Below, one piece after another: positions 47,950-57,195 of a stretch of DNA of 64,000 nt. The DNA comes from Myxococcota bacterium (lineage in GTDB: Bacteria > Myxococcota_A > UBA9160 > UBA4427): positions 3,968,001 through 4,032,000 of the forward strand of contig OZ252299.1 of the NCBI GenBank assembly GCA_965250285.1, given 5' to 3'. The notes below the pieces were generated by a model. That model was not told the origin of the DNA. It did no database searches and saw nothing but the letters and a program-made list of their open reading frames with translations. Position 1 is the stretch's first letter; each line of letters starts with the position of its first letter. The position numbers and the translations under genes were made by a program.

Positions 47950-48561
47950 ATGGGCCTCCGCACCTGGCTGAAGCCGCGCATCCAGGAGGTCGTGATGCGC
48001 GCCCTCAACGAGCACCGCCCCGACACGATCCGGCTGGCCTCGGGCGAGGTGCTCGAGGTCGGCTTCGGCACGGCGCTCAATCTTCGATACTACGGCGACG
48101 AGGTCCGCAACGTGACGGGGCTCGACCCGATGCCCACCGACGGCGTGCCGGTGGTCGAAGACCGCATCGCCGAGGCACCCTTCCCGGTCGAGCGCACGAC
48201 CCTGCGCGCCGACGGCGACCTGCCCTTCGACGCGGGTCGCTTCGACACGATCGTCACCACGTGGACGCTCTGCTCGATTCCCGACGCCGCCGCCGCCCTC
48301 GCCGAGATGCGCCGCGTGCTGAAGCCCGGTGGACGCTACGTGTTCATCGAGCACGGGCGGAGCGACGAGAGCAGCACCGCACGCTGGCAGGATCGGCTCG
48401 ACCCGATCTGGACGCGCATCGCCGATGGCTGCCACATCAACCGCAAGATGGACCGTCTCGTCGAAGACAGCGGCTTCGAGCTGCAGTCGATGGATCGCTT
48501 CCTGGGCGACGGCCCCGCCATTCTGACCACGCTCTATCGCGGCGTGGCGACCCGCTCGTGA
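47950..48561 (+). CDS. Class I SAM-dependent methyltransferase
   Basis: VLEVGFGTALN, LPFD..FDT, LCSIPD, LKPGG, IEHG motifs. Confidence 0.92.
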   Translation: MGLRTWLKPRIQEVVMRALNEHRPDTIRLASGEVLEVGFGTALNLRYYGDEVRNVTGLDPMPTDGVPVVEDRIAEAPFPVERTTLRADGDLPFDAGRFDTIVTTWTLCSIPDAAAALAEMRRVLKPGGRYVFIEHGRSDESSTARWQDRLDPIWTRIADGCHINRKMDRLVEDSGFELQSMDRFLGDGPAILTTLYRGVATRS

Positions 48562-49001
48562 GCGCAGCGCCCACGTCAGGCTCGGGCGGCGCCCTGCGCG
48601 CCGAACGCGAGCGCATCGTCCGTCAGCACATGCAGGCCGAGAACGAGCTCGACTTCGACGCGGTGATCGACACGTTCGACCACCCGAGATACGAGCTGAT
48701 CGCGACGGGCCGCACCTTCGACGGCGAGGCCGAGGTCCGCGCGTACTTCGCAGAGTCTCGAGGCGCGTTCCCCGATCAGCGGAACGAGCTGATCTCGCTG
48801 CGGCATGCCGACGACGCGGTGATCGTCGAGTTCTGGCTGCGCGGCACGCACGAAGGACCGCTCGGTCGACTCGCACCGACCGGGCGCCGCTTCGAGTGCC
48901 AGATGACGGCCTTCTTCGTCTTCGAAGGCACGAAGATCGTTCGCGAACGGGTGTACTGGGATACCGCGACGATGCTGCGACAGCTCACGGGCGACGCGTA
49001 G
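48558..49001 (+). CDS. SnoaL-like / ester cyclase (NTF2-fold) protein
   Basis: H..AEN..D, AFPD, GTHEG...PTGR, ERVYWD motifs. GTGA overlap with the methyltransferase. Confidence 0.87.
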   Translation: MSAAPTSGSGGALRAERERIVRQHMQAENELDFDAVIDTFDHPRYELIATGRTFDGEAEVRAYFAESRGAFPDQRNELISLRHADDAVIVEFWLRGTHEGPLGRLAPTGRRFECQMTAFFVFEGTKIVRERVYWDTATMLRQLTGDA

Positions 49002-49013
49002 CGCCCTGCGACC

Positions 49014-50354
49014 TCACGGGTCGGACAGCTGCCGGAACGCCTCCGACGGCGGACGCGCCGCGTCGCGCGGGAACGTATCGCCCATCGCCTTCAGCCAGTC
49101 GTAGAGCGCCTTCATGTGCGGACCGATGATGCCCTTGCCCGTCGTCAGCAAGGCGACCGAGATCGCCCGCTCAGGATCGGCCCAGCCGAAGACGTTCGAC
49201 AGGCCGAGGTGTCCGAAGGCGAACGGGTTGTCGCGACCGAAGAGACTCAGATTCTTTCCGCCGAGCATGAAGCCGAGCCCGTAGCGAATCGGAATGCCGA
49301 GCGTGAAGTCGATCTCCCAGATCGCCTGCTCGGCGGTCGCGCGCCGGACGGTGCGCGGCTCGAAGACGCGCTTGCCCTGCCACTCCCCGCTCTGAAGCAG
49401 GCACTGATAGAAGACCGAGAGCTCGTCGGCCGTTGCGCAGGTGTTCGCCGACGGAATCACCCCTTCGAGAAAGCGTCGATCGTTCGACAGCTCGACGACG
49501 TCGGGCAGGTTCAGCCCGAGCGCGCGCTGCAAGATCTGCTTGAGCGGCGGCACGACCGGCAGACCGGTGAACGCGTTGACCGCGACCCGGTCGACATCGT
49601 CGGGACGCACCCCAAAGCTCATGGTGCGCGCGCCGAGCGGCTGACCGATCTCATTGTCATACACATGGCGGATGTCGTGCCCCGTCACGCGTTGCACGAC
49701 CTCGGCCAGAATGAAGCCGCCAGTCACCGCGTGATACGCGAGCGCGCGCCCGGGGCGCGAGACCAGATCGGCCTCACAGAGCAGATCGACGACGTCGCCC
49801 GGCCGGCCGAGCAGGTCGAGATCGATCGCCTCTCGCGGCAGGTTGGGGACGCCGGCGCGGTGCGAGAGCACGTGGCGCAGCGTGATGAGGTGCTTGCCGC
49901 CCCTCGAGAACTCGGGGATGTAGTCGCAGACCCGATCGTCGAGGCGCAGCACGTTCGCCTCGTCGAGCTTGTGGATCACCATCGCACTCACCGCCTTCGA
50001 GGCCGAGAACAGACACAGCGGGGTCTGCACGGTGACGGGCGTCTTCGGCCCGGTCGGCGGGTCGTCGGGGCCGCCGCCCGACGCGTAGCCGATTGCGCGG
50101 TGCAGTACGCGGCGGCCGTTGTGTCGCACGCAGATCGCGAGCGCCGGGTGCGCGCCCGAGCGGTAGATCTCGCGGGTCGTCCGCCAGAGCGCTTCGACCT
50201 CGCGCCGGGTGATGCCGTGCGGCTCGTCCTCTTCGCCGAAGTCGGTGACGCGGTCGAGGTCGCCGGGGACCGGGCAGCGCCGATCGAATCGCGGACGCCA
50301 GGCCGGCGGCCAGGCGAAGCCTCGGCCAGTCGAGCGATGGGTCGCGTCCGTCAT
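49014..50354 (-). CDS. Serine hydrolase, beta-lactamase-like (LipE-type esterase)
   Basis: FSASK (SxxK), LSHRAG, YHAVTGG, FGHLG, WADPER motifs. Confidence 0.9.
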   Translation of the reverse strand: MTDATHRSTGRGFAWPPAWRPRFDRRCPVPGDLDRVTDFGEEDEPHGITRREVEALWRTTREIYRSGAHPALAICVRHNGRRVLHRAIGYASGGGPDDPPTGPKTPVTVQTPLCLFSASKAVSAMVIHKLDEANVLRLDDRVCDYIPEFSRGGKHLITLRHVLSHRAGVPNLPREAIDLDLLGRPGDVVDLLCEADLVSRPGRALAYHAVTGGFILAEVVQRVTGHDIRHVYDNEIGQPLGARTMSFGVRPDDVDRVAVNAFTGLPVVPPLKQILQRALGLNLPDVVELSNDRRFLEGVIPSANTCATADELSVFYQCLLQSGEWQGKRVFEPRTVRRATAEQAIWEIDFTLGIPIRYGLGFMLGGKNLSLFGRDNPFAFGHLGLSNVFGWADPERAISVALLTTGKGIIGPHMKALYDWLKAMGDTFPRDAARPPSEAFRQLSDP

Positions 50355-50481
50355 GGGCGGGCCTCCCGGTCGCCCGTGGGCGACCCCCTGCTCGCGTCGG
50401 GCGCGAGCGCACGGGGCCCTTGATTGTACCGGTTGCGGCGCAGTGTGACCGGGCTCGGCCGTGCGGGGCCTGCGCGCCCGC

Positions 50482-51129
50482 TCAGTCGCTCGGGGGCACG
50501 TAGCGCTCGGGGTCGAGCACCGGCCAGATGAACGCGTCGAAGAGCTGGCGCACCGTCGCCGGGTCGGACGTATCGAAGACGGGGCTGGTCTGGAATCGCC
50601 ACGAGACCGCGAGGCGACCGAGCCACTCGGCGATCCAGTCGGACGGGAGCGGCGCGATCCAGCCCTGCGACTTCCAGTGGTCGAGCATCTCCCGCTCGGC
50701 GCTGACGATACCGCCGAGCAGAAAGTCGGCCCGAATGGTGACGTAGGGCAGCACGAGCTCGGGGTCGTTCTCGACGAGCGCCGCGATGACGGGCTTGCGG
50801 TAGAACTTGCACACCGTGAACTCGGTCAGCTCACAGAGCACGTCGTGCGCCGGGTTCTCGCCCTCGGGCGTGCGCGCGAAGATCTCGCGCACGCGCTCGA
50901 ACAGCTCGGCGTAGTAGAGCGACAGCTCGCGCTGGATGAAGGCCTGCAGCAGCTCATCGCGTGAGCCGTAGTACCGATAGACGGTCATCCGCGTCACGCC
51001 GGCTGCGCGGGCGATGTCGACCATCGACGTGGCCTTGACACCCTTGGTCGCCAGAGAGCGCTCGACGGCGTCGAGGATGCGATCGGCGGTCTCGGAGCGC
51101 TGGGCGTCCCGTTCACCGTCATTCGTCAC
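50482..51129 (-). CDS. TetR/AcrR family regulator (tandem paralog 1)
   Basis: DRILDA...DIARAAGVTRMTVYRYY HTH. GTG start after GGGGAG. Confidence 0.9.
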   Translation of the reverse strand: MTNDGERDAQRSETADRILDAVERSLATKGVKATSMVDIARAAGVTRMTVYRYYGSRDELLQAFIQRELSLYYAELFERVREIFARTPEGENPAHDVLCELTEFTVCKFYRKPVIAALVENDPELVLPYVTIRADFLLGGIVSAEREMLDHWKSQGWIAPLPSDWIAEWLGRLAVSWRFQTSPVFDTSDPATVRQLFDAFIWPVLDPERYVPPSD

Positions 51130-51213
51130 CGCATCGTCTCCCCGTCCCAAGGCCGAACCTGGACACTACCGGCTCGAGGGGGGTCGCCGCCGCCCCTCGC
51201 CAGAGGGGCCGTC

Positions 51214-51228
51214 GATTTTCCGAATTCG
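51214..51228. promoter_or_regulatory. Conserved upstream motif, copy 1 (candidate operator)
   Basis: gattttccgaattcg, 85 nt from the start codon; matches 52016-52030 at 14/15 positions. Confidence 0.55.
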
Positions 51229-51281
51229 ATCGAGGTGAAGCCGATCGACCCATCCGCGCTCGAGCGGGCTGACGATTGGGC

Positions 51282-51932
51282 TCAGTCGCCGCCCGCGGGT
51301 TGCCGCTCGGGGTCGAGCACCGGCCAGATGAACGTGTCGAAGAGCTGGCGCGCGGTCGACGGGTCGGACGTATCGAAGACCGGACTGGTCTGAAATCGCC
51401 AGGAGAGCAGGAGCCGCCCGGCCCAATCGGAAATCCAGTCCGAGGGGATCGGCGCGATCAGACCGCGCTCACGCCACTGGTCGAAGTACACCCGCTGCGC
51501 CTTGACGACTCCGGTCAAGACGAAGTCGGCATTCGTCGTGATGGCCGGAAGGGTGATGTCGGGGTCGTTCTCGATGAGCGCCGCGACGATCGGCTTGTGG
51601 AGGAACTTGCTCAGCGAGTACTCGAAAATCTCCCCCAACACGACTCGGGCCTCGTTCTCGCCGTTGCGCAGTCCTGAAGCGAGCTTCTGCGCCCGCGCGA
51701 TCACGTTCGTGTAGTAGAAGCCCATCTCGCGCTCGATGAACGCCCGGAGCAGCGCCTCGCGCGAACCGTAGTAGCGATAGACGGTCATGCGCGTCACGCC
51801 GGCGGCGCGCGCGATGTCGGCCATCGACGTGGCGCGAATCCCGTTCTTCGAGAGGGCATCCTCGACGGCGTCGAGAATGCGATCGGCGGTTGCCGGGCGC
51901 GGCAGCGCCGGTTCGCCGACGTCGGTCGTCAT
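51282..51932 (-). CDS. TetR/AcrR family regulator (tandem paralog 2)
   Basis: Same HTH DIARAAGVTRMTVYRYYGSR; C-terminus nearly identical to paralog 1. Confidence 0.9.
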   Translation of the reverse strand: MTTDVGEPALPRPATADRILDAVEDALSKNGIRATSMADIARAAGVTRMTVYRYYGSREALLRAFIEREMGFYYTNVIARAQKLASGLRNGENEARVVLGEIFEYSLSKFLHKPIVAALIENDPDITLPAITTNADFVLTGVVKAQRVYFDQWRERGLIAPIPSDWISDWAGRLLLSWRFQTSPVFDTSDPSTARQLFDTFIWPVLDPERQPAGGD

Positions 51933-52015
51933 CGCATGGTCTCCCCGACCCACACCCCGCAGACACACTACCCGTTGTCGGCACGCGCCGTTGGGCGAAA
52001 TCACCGAGCGCCGGA

Positions 52016-52034
52016 GATTTTCCAAATTCGGAAA
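52016..52034. promoter_or_regulatory. Conserved upstream motif, copy 2 (near-palindrome TTTCCAAATTCGGAAA)
   Basis: gattttccaaattcggaaa, 84 nt from the start codon. Confidence 0.55.
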
Positions 52035-52092
52035 CACGCAGTCGATGCGCAGGTCGGCAGCCCGGTTATGCGAACTGCAGACCGAAGCATCG

Positions 52093-52812
52093 CTAGCGAA
52101 TGAGCAGCCGGTTGCAGTTCTCGCAGTGCAGCACCGCGTCTTCCGGTTGCTCGCGCATCGTCTGCATCTCGAGCCGGGGCAACGCCATGCGACACCCGCC
52201 GCAGCCCTTCTCGGTGAAGGGCGCCGCGGCGACGCCGCCGAGCCGCTCGTGACCGCGGAGCTCTTCGTACGCATCGAGGACCGGGCGGGGCAGCCCGTCG
52301 GCGTAACCCGCCTTCTCGCGAGCGAGCTCGCCGATCTCGGCATCGATGACCGATTCAGCCATTTGCAGCGACTTGGCCACACCCCCGAGCTCCTGCTCGA
52401 TCTCGGCCCGAGCCGCGCGGTTCTCGGTCATCTCGCCCTCGACCCCTTCGATCTCTTCGAGCAGTTCGAGCTCGCGCGTCTCGAGCGTCGACTGCTCGGC
52501 TCGAATCCCCTCGATCTCTTCTTGCAGCGCGGCGAGGTCGCGCGCGGCCGTCACGGTGCCGCCGTAGAGGGTGTCTTCGACGCCCTTTGCGCGCGCCGCG
52601 ACGCCGGCGACCTCATCGGCGACGGCGTGCTCGCTGCGATCGATCTCGGCCCGGCGTTCGACGAGCTTCGCGTGCGCGACGTCGGTGTCGGCGATGCGCG
52701 CCTCGATCTTGGCGTGCTGGGTGCGCTCGGGCAGATCGCGGCGTTGCGCGCGCAGCCGATCGCAGGTGCGGTCGATTTCCTGAATCTCGAGCAGCGGTGC
52801 GAGCAGCCCCAT
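52093..52812 (-). CDS. C4-type zinc-ribbon coiled-coil protein (DUF164, CT398/HP0958-like)
   Basis: LLEIQEID start, long coiled coil, CGGC...CENCNRLL. Confidence 0.88.
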   Translation of the reverse strand: MGLLAPLLEIQEIDRTCDRLRAQRRDLPERTQHAKIEARIADTDVAHAKLVERRAEIDRSEHAVADEVAGVAARAKGVEDTLYGGTVTAARDLAALQEEIEGIRAEQSTLETRELELLEEIEGVEGEMTENRAARAEIEQELGGVAKSLQMAESVIDAEIGELAREKAGYADGLPRPVLDAYEELRGHERLGGVAAAPFTEKGCGGCRMALPRLEMQTMREQPEDAVLHCENCNRLLIR

Positions 52813-52964
52813 GGCGTCAGGCTACCACGACCATCGCCGCCCTCGGCCCACCTCGCTGCCATCGGGGCGGCTGCGGGCGCGGCCGGGGTGCTCTGGAGCG
52901 CGTGTGCCCGCTTGGACCCATCGCAGTAGAATGAGGTTCTGCGCCCGTTCGAGGGAGATCCCCG

Positions 52965-53813
52965 ATGCCGCCCGCCCCGCCCGCCTCCGCCCCCGCCGCC
53001 TCGCCGCCCACTCTGCCCCAGGGTGTCGAGATCCAGCCCCGTCGTTTCGCGTTTCGTGAGCTCGGCGCGATCCCCAAATACTGGTTCGGCGGCAACAAGA
53101 TCGTGACGCACCTCGAGAACACCTTCTCGATCATGATTCCGCCGGGCGAACGCTTCTTCATCCAATCGGTTCGCAACTATGCCGACCGCGTCGACGACCC
53201 CGAGCTGCGCCAGCACGTGCAGGCCTTCATCCAGCAAGAAGGCCATCACGTTCGCGCGCACAACGCCTTCAACGCCCATCTCGGCGAGCACGGAATCGAC
53301 GTCGCACGCGAAGAGGCCTACGCGGCGAAGGTCTTCGAGCGCGCAAGCCGCTGGCTGCCCAAGCGGATCCAGCTCGGCATCACGGTCTTCTTCGAGCACC
53401 TGACGGCGACGGGCGCGCACGTACTCTTCGCCGAGCCGAAGCTCGCCGACCTGATGCATCCCGAGGCGCTGCGCTTCTGGCGCTGGCATGCCGCCGAGGA
53501 GCTCGAGCACAAGGCCGTGGCCTTCGACGTGCTGCGCGCCGTCGGCGGCGGCTATTGGACTCGGATGCTCTCGACCGTGATCGGCCTGCTCTGCTTCGGC
53601 CCGCCCTTCGCCATCATGGCGCGGCGCATGATCAAGGCCGACCCCGAGCCGACCACGCGCGCCATGCGCATCCAGGCGCGCGAGATCGAGACGCTCTCGC
53701 GCGATGCCCAGGCCGAGCTGCTGAAGGCGTGGTTCGATCGCAGCTTCCATCCGTGGAACCAGGACGACCAATCGCACGTCGCCGCGTTCTACGCCGCGCC
53801 CGAGATCGCGTAG
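52965..53813 (+). CDS. Predicted metal-dependent hydrolase (ferritin-like, PF10118-type)
   Basis: PPGERFFI.SVR, FIQQEGHH...H, EHLTA, WHAAEELEHKAVAFD, FHPW motifs. Confidence 0.9.
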   Translation: MPPAPPASAPAASPPTLPQGVEIQPRRFAFRELGAIPKYWFGGNKIVTHLENTFSIMIPPGERFFIQSVRNYADRVDDPELRQHVQAFIQQEGHHVRAHNAFNAHLGEHGIDVAREEAYAAKVFERASRWLPKRIQLGITVFFEHLTATGAHVLFAEPKLADLMHPEALRFWRWHAAEELEHKAVAFDVLRAVGGGYWTRMLSTVIGLLCFGPPFAIMARRMIKADPEPTTRAMRIQAREIETLSRDAQAELLKAWFDRSFHPWNQDDQSHVAAFYAAPEIA

Positions 53814-53821
53814 GCGGCCGC

Positions 53822-54616
53822 ATGCGGCTCGCCGACAAGATCGCCGTCGTCGTCGGCGGCGGACAGACGCCTGGCGACGAGATCGGCAACGGCCGCGCCA
53901 CCGCGCTGCTCTTCGCGCGCGAAGGCGCGCGCGTCGTCGTCGTCGACCGCGACGAGACCTCGGCGCAAGAGACGTGCGCGCAGGTCGAAGACGAGGGCCT
54001 CGAAGCGAAGCCGGTGTGCGCCGACATCACGAGCGATGCCGACTGCGCACGCGTGATCGAGACCTGCATTCGCGCATACGGTCGCATCGACGTGCTCCAC
54101 AACAATGTGGGGATCGGGACGGGAGACGCCAGCGCGACGTCGATCTCGGAGGAGGCCTTCGATCGCATCCTCGACGTCAATCTCAAGGGCGCCTGGCGGA
54201 TGTCGCGCCACGCGCTGCCGCACATGCGCGACCAGCAGAGCGGCTCGATCGTCCACATCTCTTCGATCGCGGCCATCTGCTCGGCCCCGATGTTCGCGTA
54301 CAAGGTCTCGAAGGCGGCGATGAACGCGATGACCCACGCGCTCGCCATGGGCAACGCCCAGCACGGCATTCGCGTGAACGCGATCATGCCGGGCCTGATG
54401 AACACGCCCATGGCCATCGAGGGTGTGTCGAAGGCCCTCGGCATCGACAAGCCGAAGCTCGTCGCCGCCCGCGATGCGCAGGTCCCCCTCGGCCAGAAGA
54501 TGGGCACGGCGTGGGATGTCGCCTACGCCGCGCTCTACCTCGCGAGCGACGAATCGCGCTTCGTGACGGGCGTTCTGCTGCCCGTCGATGGCGGTCAGAG
54601 CGCACGCATCGGCTGA
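53822..54616 (+). CDS. SDR family oxidoreductase
   Basis: VGGGQ...IGNG, NNVGI, YKVSK, PGLMNTP, VDGG motifs. Confidence 0.92.
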   Translation: MRLADKIAVVVGGGQTPGDEIGNGRATALLFAREGARVVVVDRDETSAQETCAQVEDEGLEAKPVCADITSDADCARVIETCIRAYGRIDVLHNNVGIGTGDASATSISEEAFDRILDVNLKGAWRMSRHALPHMRDQQSGSIVHISSIAAICSAPMFAYKVSKAAMNAMTHALAMGNAQHGIRVNAIMPGLMNTPMAIEGVSKALGIDKPKLVAARDAQVPLGQKMGTAWDVAYAALYLASDESRFVTGVLLPVDGGQSARIG

Positions 54617-54701
54617 ATCGACCGGCGATCGCTCGCGAATCAGAACCAGCCCGGCCGGCCCGAAGGGCCTACCGTCTTTGTGTTTCGATCCCGGAGGTCG
54701 C

Positions 54702-56957
54702 ATGCGCCGCGCACTCGTCTCGATTCTCGCACTCGCGGCGATCATCGTCGGCTTCGGCTACGTGGTGAGCCTGGGCTTCTTCGGCGAGCCCCAGACCGGA
54801 GGCGTCGTCACCGACCGCGCGCGTGACGAGGCGATCGTCGCTGCGAAAGAGTCGTCGCAGGCCGAAGCGCGGGCGCTGCTCGAGGTGCCGGGCGAGACGC
54901 AGATCCTCTTCGGCGACCTGCATGCGCACACGACGTTCTCGTTCGACGCCTACAGCATCAGCCTGCCCATGAATCAGGGCGAAGGCGCGCACCCGCCTGC
55001 CGATGCGTGTGACTTCGCGCGGTTCTGCGCGGGGCTCGACTTCTGGTCGATCAACGACCACGCCGAGAGCCTGACCGCGCGCAACTGGGAAGAGACGCGC
55101 GAGATGGTGCGCTCGTGCAACGCCGCCGCGGGCGACCCCGCGGACCCCGACATGGTGACGTTCCTCGGCTGGGAGTGGACGCAGATCGGCAACACGCCCG
55201 ACGATCACTACGGCCACAAGAACGTGATCCTGCGCGACACGAGCGACGACGTCGTGCCGGCCCGCCCCATCGCGTCGCGCGCGCAGCTCTTCCCCGGCGA
55301 CGCGAATCCCTACAACGCGGTGATGCGTCTCGGGCTCATCGCGGGCGCGCCGGGGGGGCAGGGGCGCCAGCCGTACAACGACTTCGCGCTCTACCTCGAA
55401 GAGCGCCGCGATCGCATCCCCTGCGCGTCCGGCGTACCGGAACGCGAGCTGCCCTCCGACTGTCAGGAGAGCGCGGCGACGCCCACCGAGCTGTTCGCCA
55501 AGATGGACGACTGGGGCTTCCCGTACATGGTGATCCCCCACGGCAATACCTGGGGCTTCTACACGCCGCCCGGGACGACCTGGGACAAGCAGCTTGCGGC
55601 GCACGTCGAGCCCGATCGGCACGAGCCGTTGATCGAGGTCTTCTCGGGGCACGGCAACATCGAGAACTATCGACCGTGGCGCGCGATCGTGACCGACGCG
55701 AGCGGGGAGCCGAGATGTCCGGCGCCGAGCGCGGGCTATACGCCCGAGTGCTGGCAGGCCGGCGAGATCATCCGTGCGCGCTGCGTCGTCGAAGGCGCGA
55801 GCCCCGACGAGTGCGACGCGCGTGCGGCCGATGCGCGGCGCCAGCACGTCAAGCTCGGCGGCAGCATCGGGTACCTCACGGTGCCCGGCAGCAGCGTCGC
55901 GGAGTGGCTCGACGCGGGTCAGTGCACCGACTGCTACATGCCCGCGTACAACTACCGACCCGGGGGCTCGGTGCAGTACGCGCTCGCGATTCGCGACTTC
56001 GGGCCAGGCGACGACGCCACGCAGGCGAAGCGGTTCCGCTTCGGACTCATCGGCTCGAGCGACGTGCACACCGCGAGACCCGGCACCGGCTACAAGGAGG
56101 TCGATCGCATGTCGATGACCGACTCGGCGCTCGGCATGCTGGGACCACCGCCGATCCTGCGCACCTCGCAGGACCCCGTCGCAACCGCGACGCCGGCCGA
56201 CGAAGTGCCGAATCTCGGGCCCTTCTTCGAGCGCTTCTCGTCTTTCTTCGGGGCAGGTGGCCTCGTCGCGGTGCACAGCACGGGTCGGGACCGCGACTCG
56301 ATCTGGCAGGCCCTCGATCGCAAACAGGTGTACGGGACGAGCGGCGAGCGGATCCTGCTCTGGTTCGATCTCGTCGATGCCGCGACCGGCGAGCGCCAGC
56401 CGATGGGCAGCAGCGTCGAGCGCACCGAAGCGCCGACCTTCGAAGTGCGTGCGCTCGGCGCGTTCGTGCAGCAGCCCGGCTGCCCCGACGATGCCACCCT
56501 GGCCCTCGGCGCAGAGCGGCTCGAACGCGTCTGCCGCGGCGAGTGCGACCACCCGAGCGACCAGCGAAAGCGCATCGACCGGTTCGAGGTGGTGCGCATC
56601 CGCCCCCAGGTCGAGCCGTCTGAGCCCGTTGCCGAGCTGGTCGAAGACCCGTGGCTCGTCTTGCCGTGTCCGGCCGGGACCTATGGCTGCGTCGCGACGT
56701 TCAGCGACCCCGAGTTCGTGTCGTCGGGCCGTGACGCGGTCTACTACGTGCGCGCGATCGAAGAGGCGACGCCGACGATCAACGGCGACGGGCTGCGCTG
56801 CACCGAAGACGAGAGCGGCGCCTGCGTCGCGGTGAATCCGTGCTTCGCCCGCGAGCCGACAGCGCGCGACGACGATTGCCTGGCCGAGGCGGAAGAACGC
56901 GCGTGGTCGTCGCCGATCTTCGTCGACCAGGCCCGAGGCCGACCCGCGAGCGGCTGA
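54702..56957 (+). CDS. DUF3604-family periplasmic PHP-like metalloprotein
   Basis: N-terminal TM anchor; FGDLHAHT, DFWSINDHAE, GWEWT, IPHGN, GSSDVH, YGTSG.RI, YYVRAIE, EERAWSSPIF motifs. Confidence 0.85.
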   Translation: MRRALVSILALAAIIVGFGYVVSLGFFGEPQTGGVVTDRARDEAIVAAKESSQAEARALLEVPGETQILFGDLHAHTTFSFDAYSISLPMNQGEGAHPPADACDFARFCAGLDFWSINDHAESLTARNWEETREMVRSCNAAAGDPADPDMVTFLGWEWTQIGNTPDDHYGHKNVILRDTSDDVVPARPIASRAQLFPGDANPYNAVMRLGLIAGAPGGQGRQPYNDFALYLEERRDRIPCASGVPERELPSDCQESAATPTELFAKMDDWGFPYMVIPHGNTWGFYTPPGTTWDKQLAAHVEPDRHEPLIEVFSGHGNIENYRPWRAIVTDASGEPRCPAPSAGYTPECWQAGEIIRARCVVEGASPDECDARAADARRQHVKLGGSIGYLTVPGSSVAEWLDAGQCTDCYMPAYNYRPGGSVQYALAIRDFGPGDDATQAKRFRFGLIGSSDVHTARPGTGYKEVDRMSMTDSALGMLGPPPILRTSQDPVATATPADEVPNLGPFFERFSSFFGAGGLVAVHSTGRDRDSIWQALDRKQVYGTSGERILLWFDLVDAATGERQPMGSSVERTEAPTFEVRALGAFVQQPGCPDDATLALGAERLERVCRGECDHPSDQRKRIDRFEVVRIRPQVEPSEPVAELVEDPWLVLPCPAGTYGCVATFSDPEFVSSGRDAVYYVRAIEEATPTINGDGLRCTEDESGACVAVNPCFAREPTARDDDCLAEAEERAWSSPIFVDQARGRPASG

Positions 56958-56960
56958 GGC

Positions 56961-57052
56961 ACCCGTCGGCGGCGCTTTTCAAGACCCGCCGGCAGCGCTT
57001 TTCAAGACCCGCCGGCGGCGCTCTTCAAGACCCGCCGGCAGCGCCGCTCAAG
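56961..57052 (+). repeat. 23-bp direct tandem repeat x4 (ACCCGCCGGCRGCGCTTTTCAAG)
   Basis: Units at 56961, 56984, 57007 and 57030, with no spacers. Confidence 0.9.
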
Positions 57053-57195
57053 CCCCACCGCACGGGCGCCGATCCAGATCGAAGCGGGTATGCTCCCGCG
57101 CTCCCCGAAGCGGCCGCGTCGCCGCCCCCTTGCGGTCCGTGCGCTCCGCGCTCGACTCGGCCGCACGAAGCCCCGGCCGGAACCAACCGAACCCC

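Noticed and set aside
49014..50354. Beta-lactam resistance gene (also the MBL-fold gene at 19700)
   Set aside because: Neither has a signal peptide, and the motifs fit a LipE-like esterase and a generic MBL-fold hydrolase rather than true beta-lactamases.
54617..54701. Possible structured RNA leader before the DUF3604 gene (ggcccgaagggcc hairpin)
   Set aside because: Only a 5-bp stem. It is better explained as a simple promoter region (TACCGT box and GGAGG SD).
56961..57052. Possible CRISPR array (also considered 8788-8878)
   Set aside because: The repeats are contiguous with no unique spacers, and there are no cas genes in the window.
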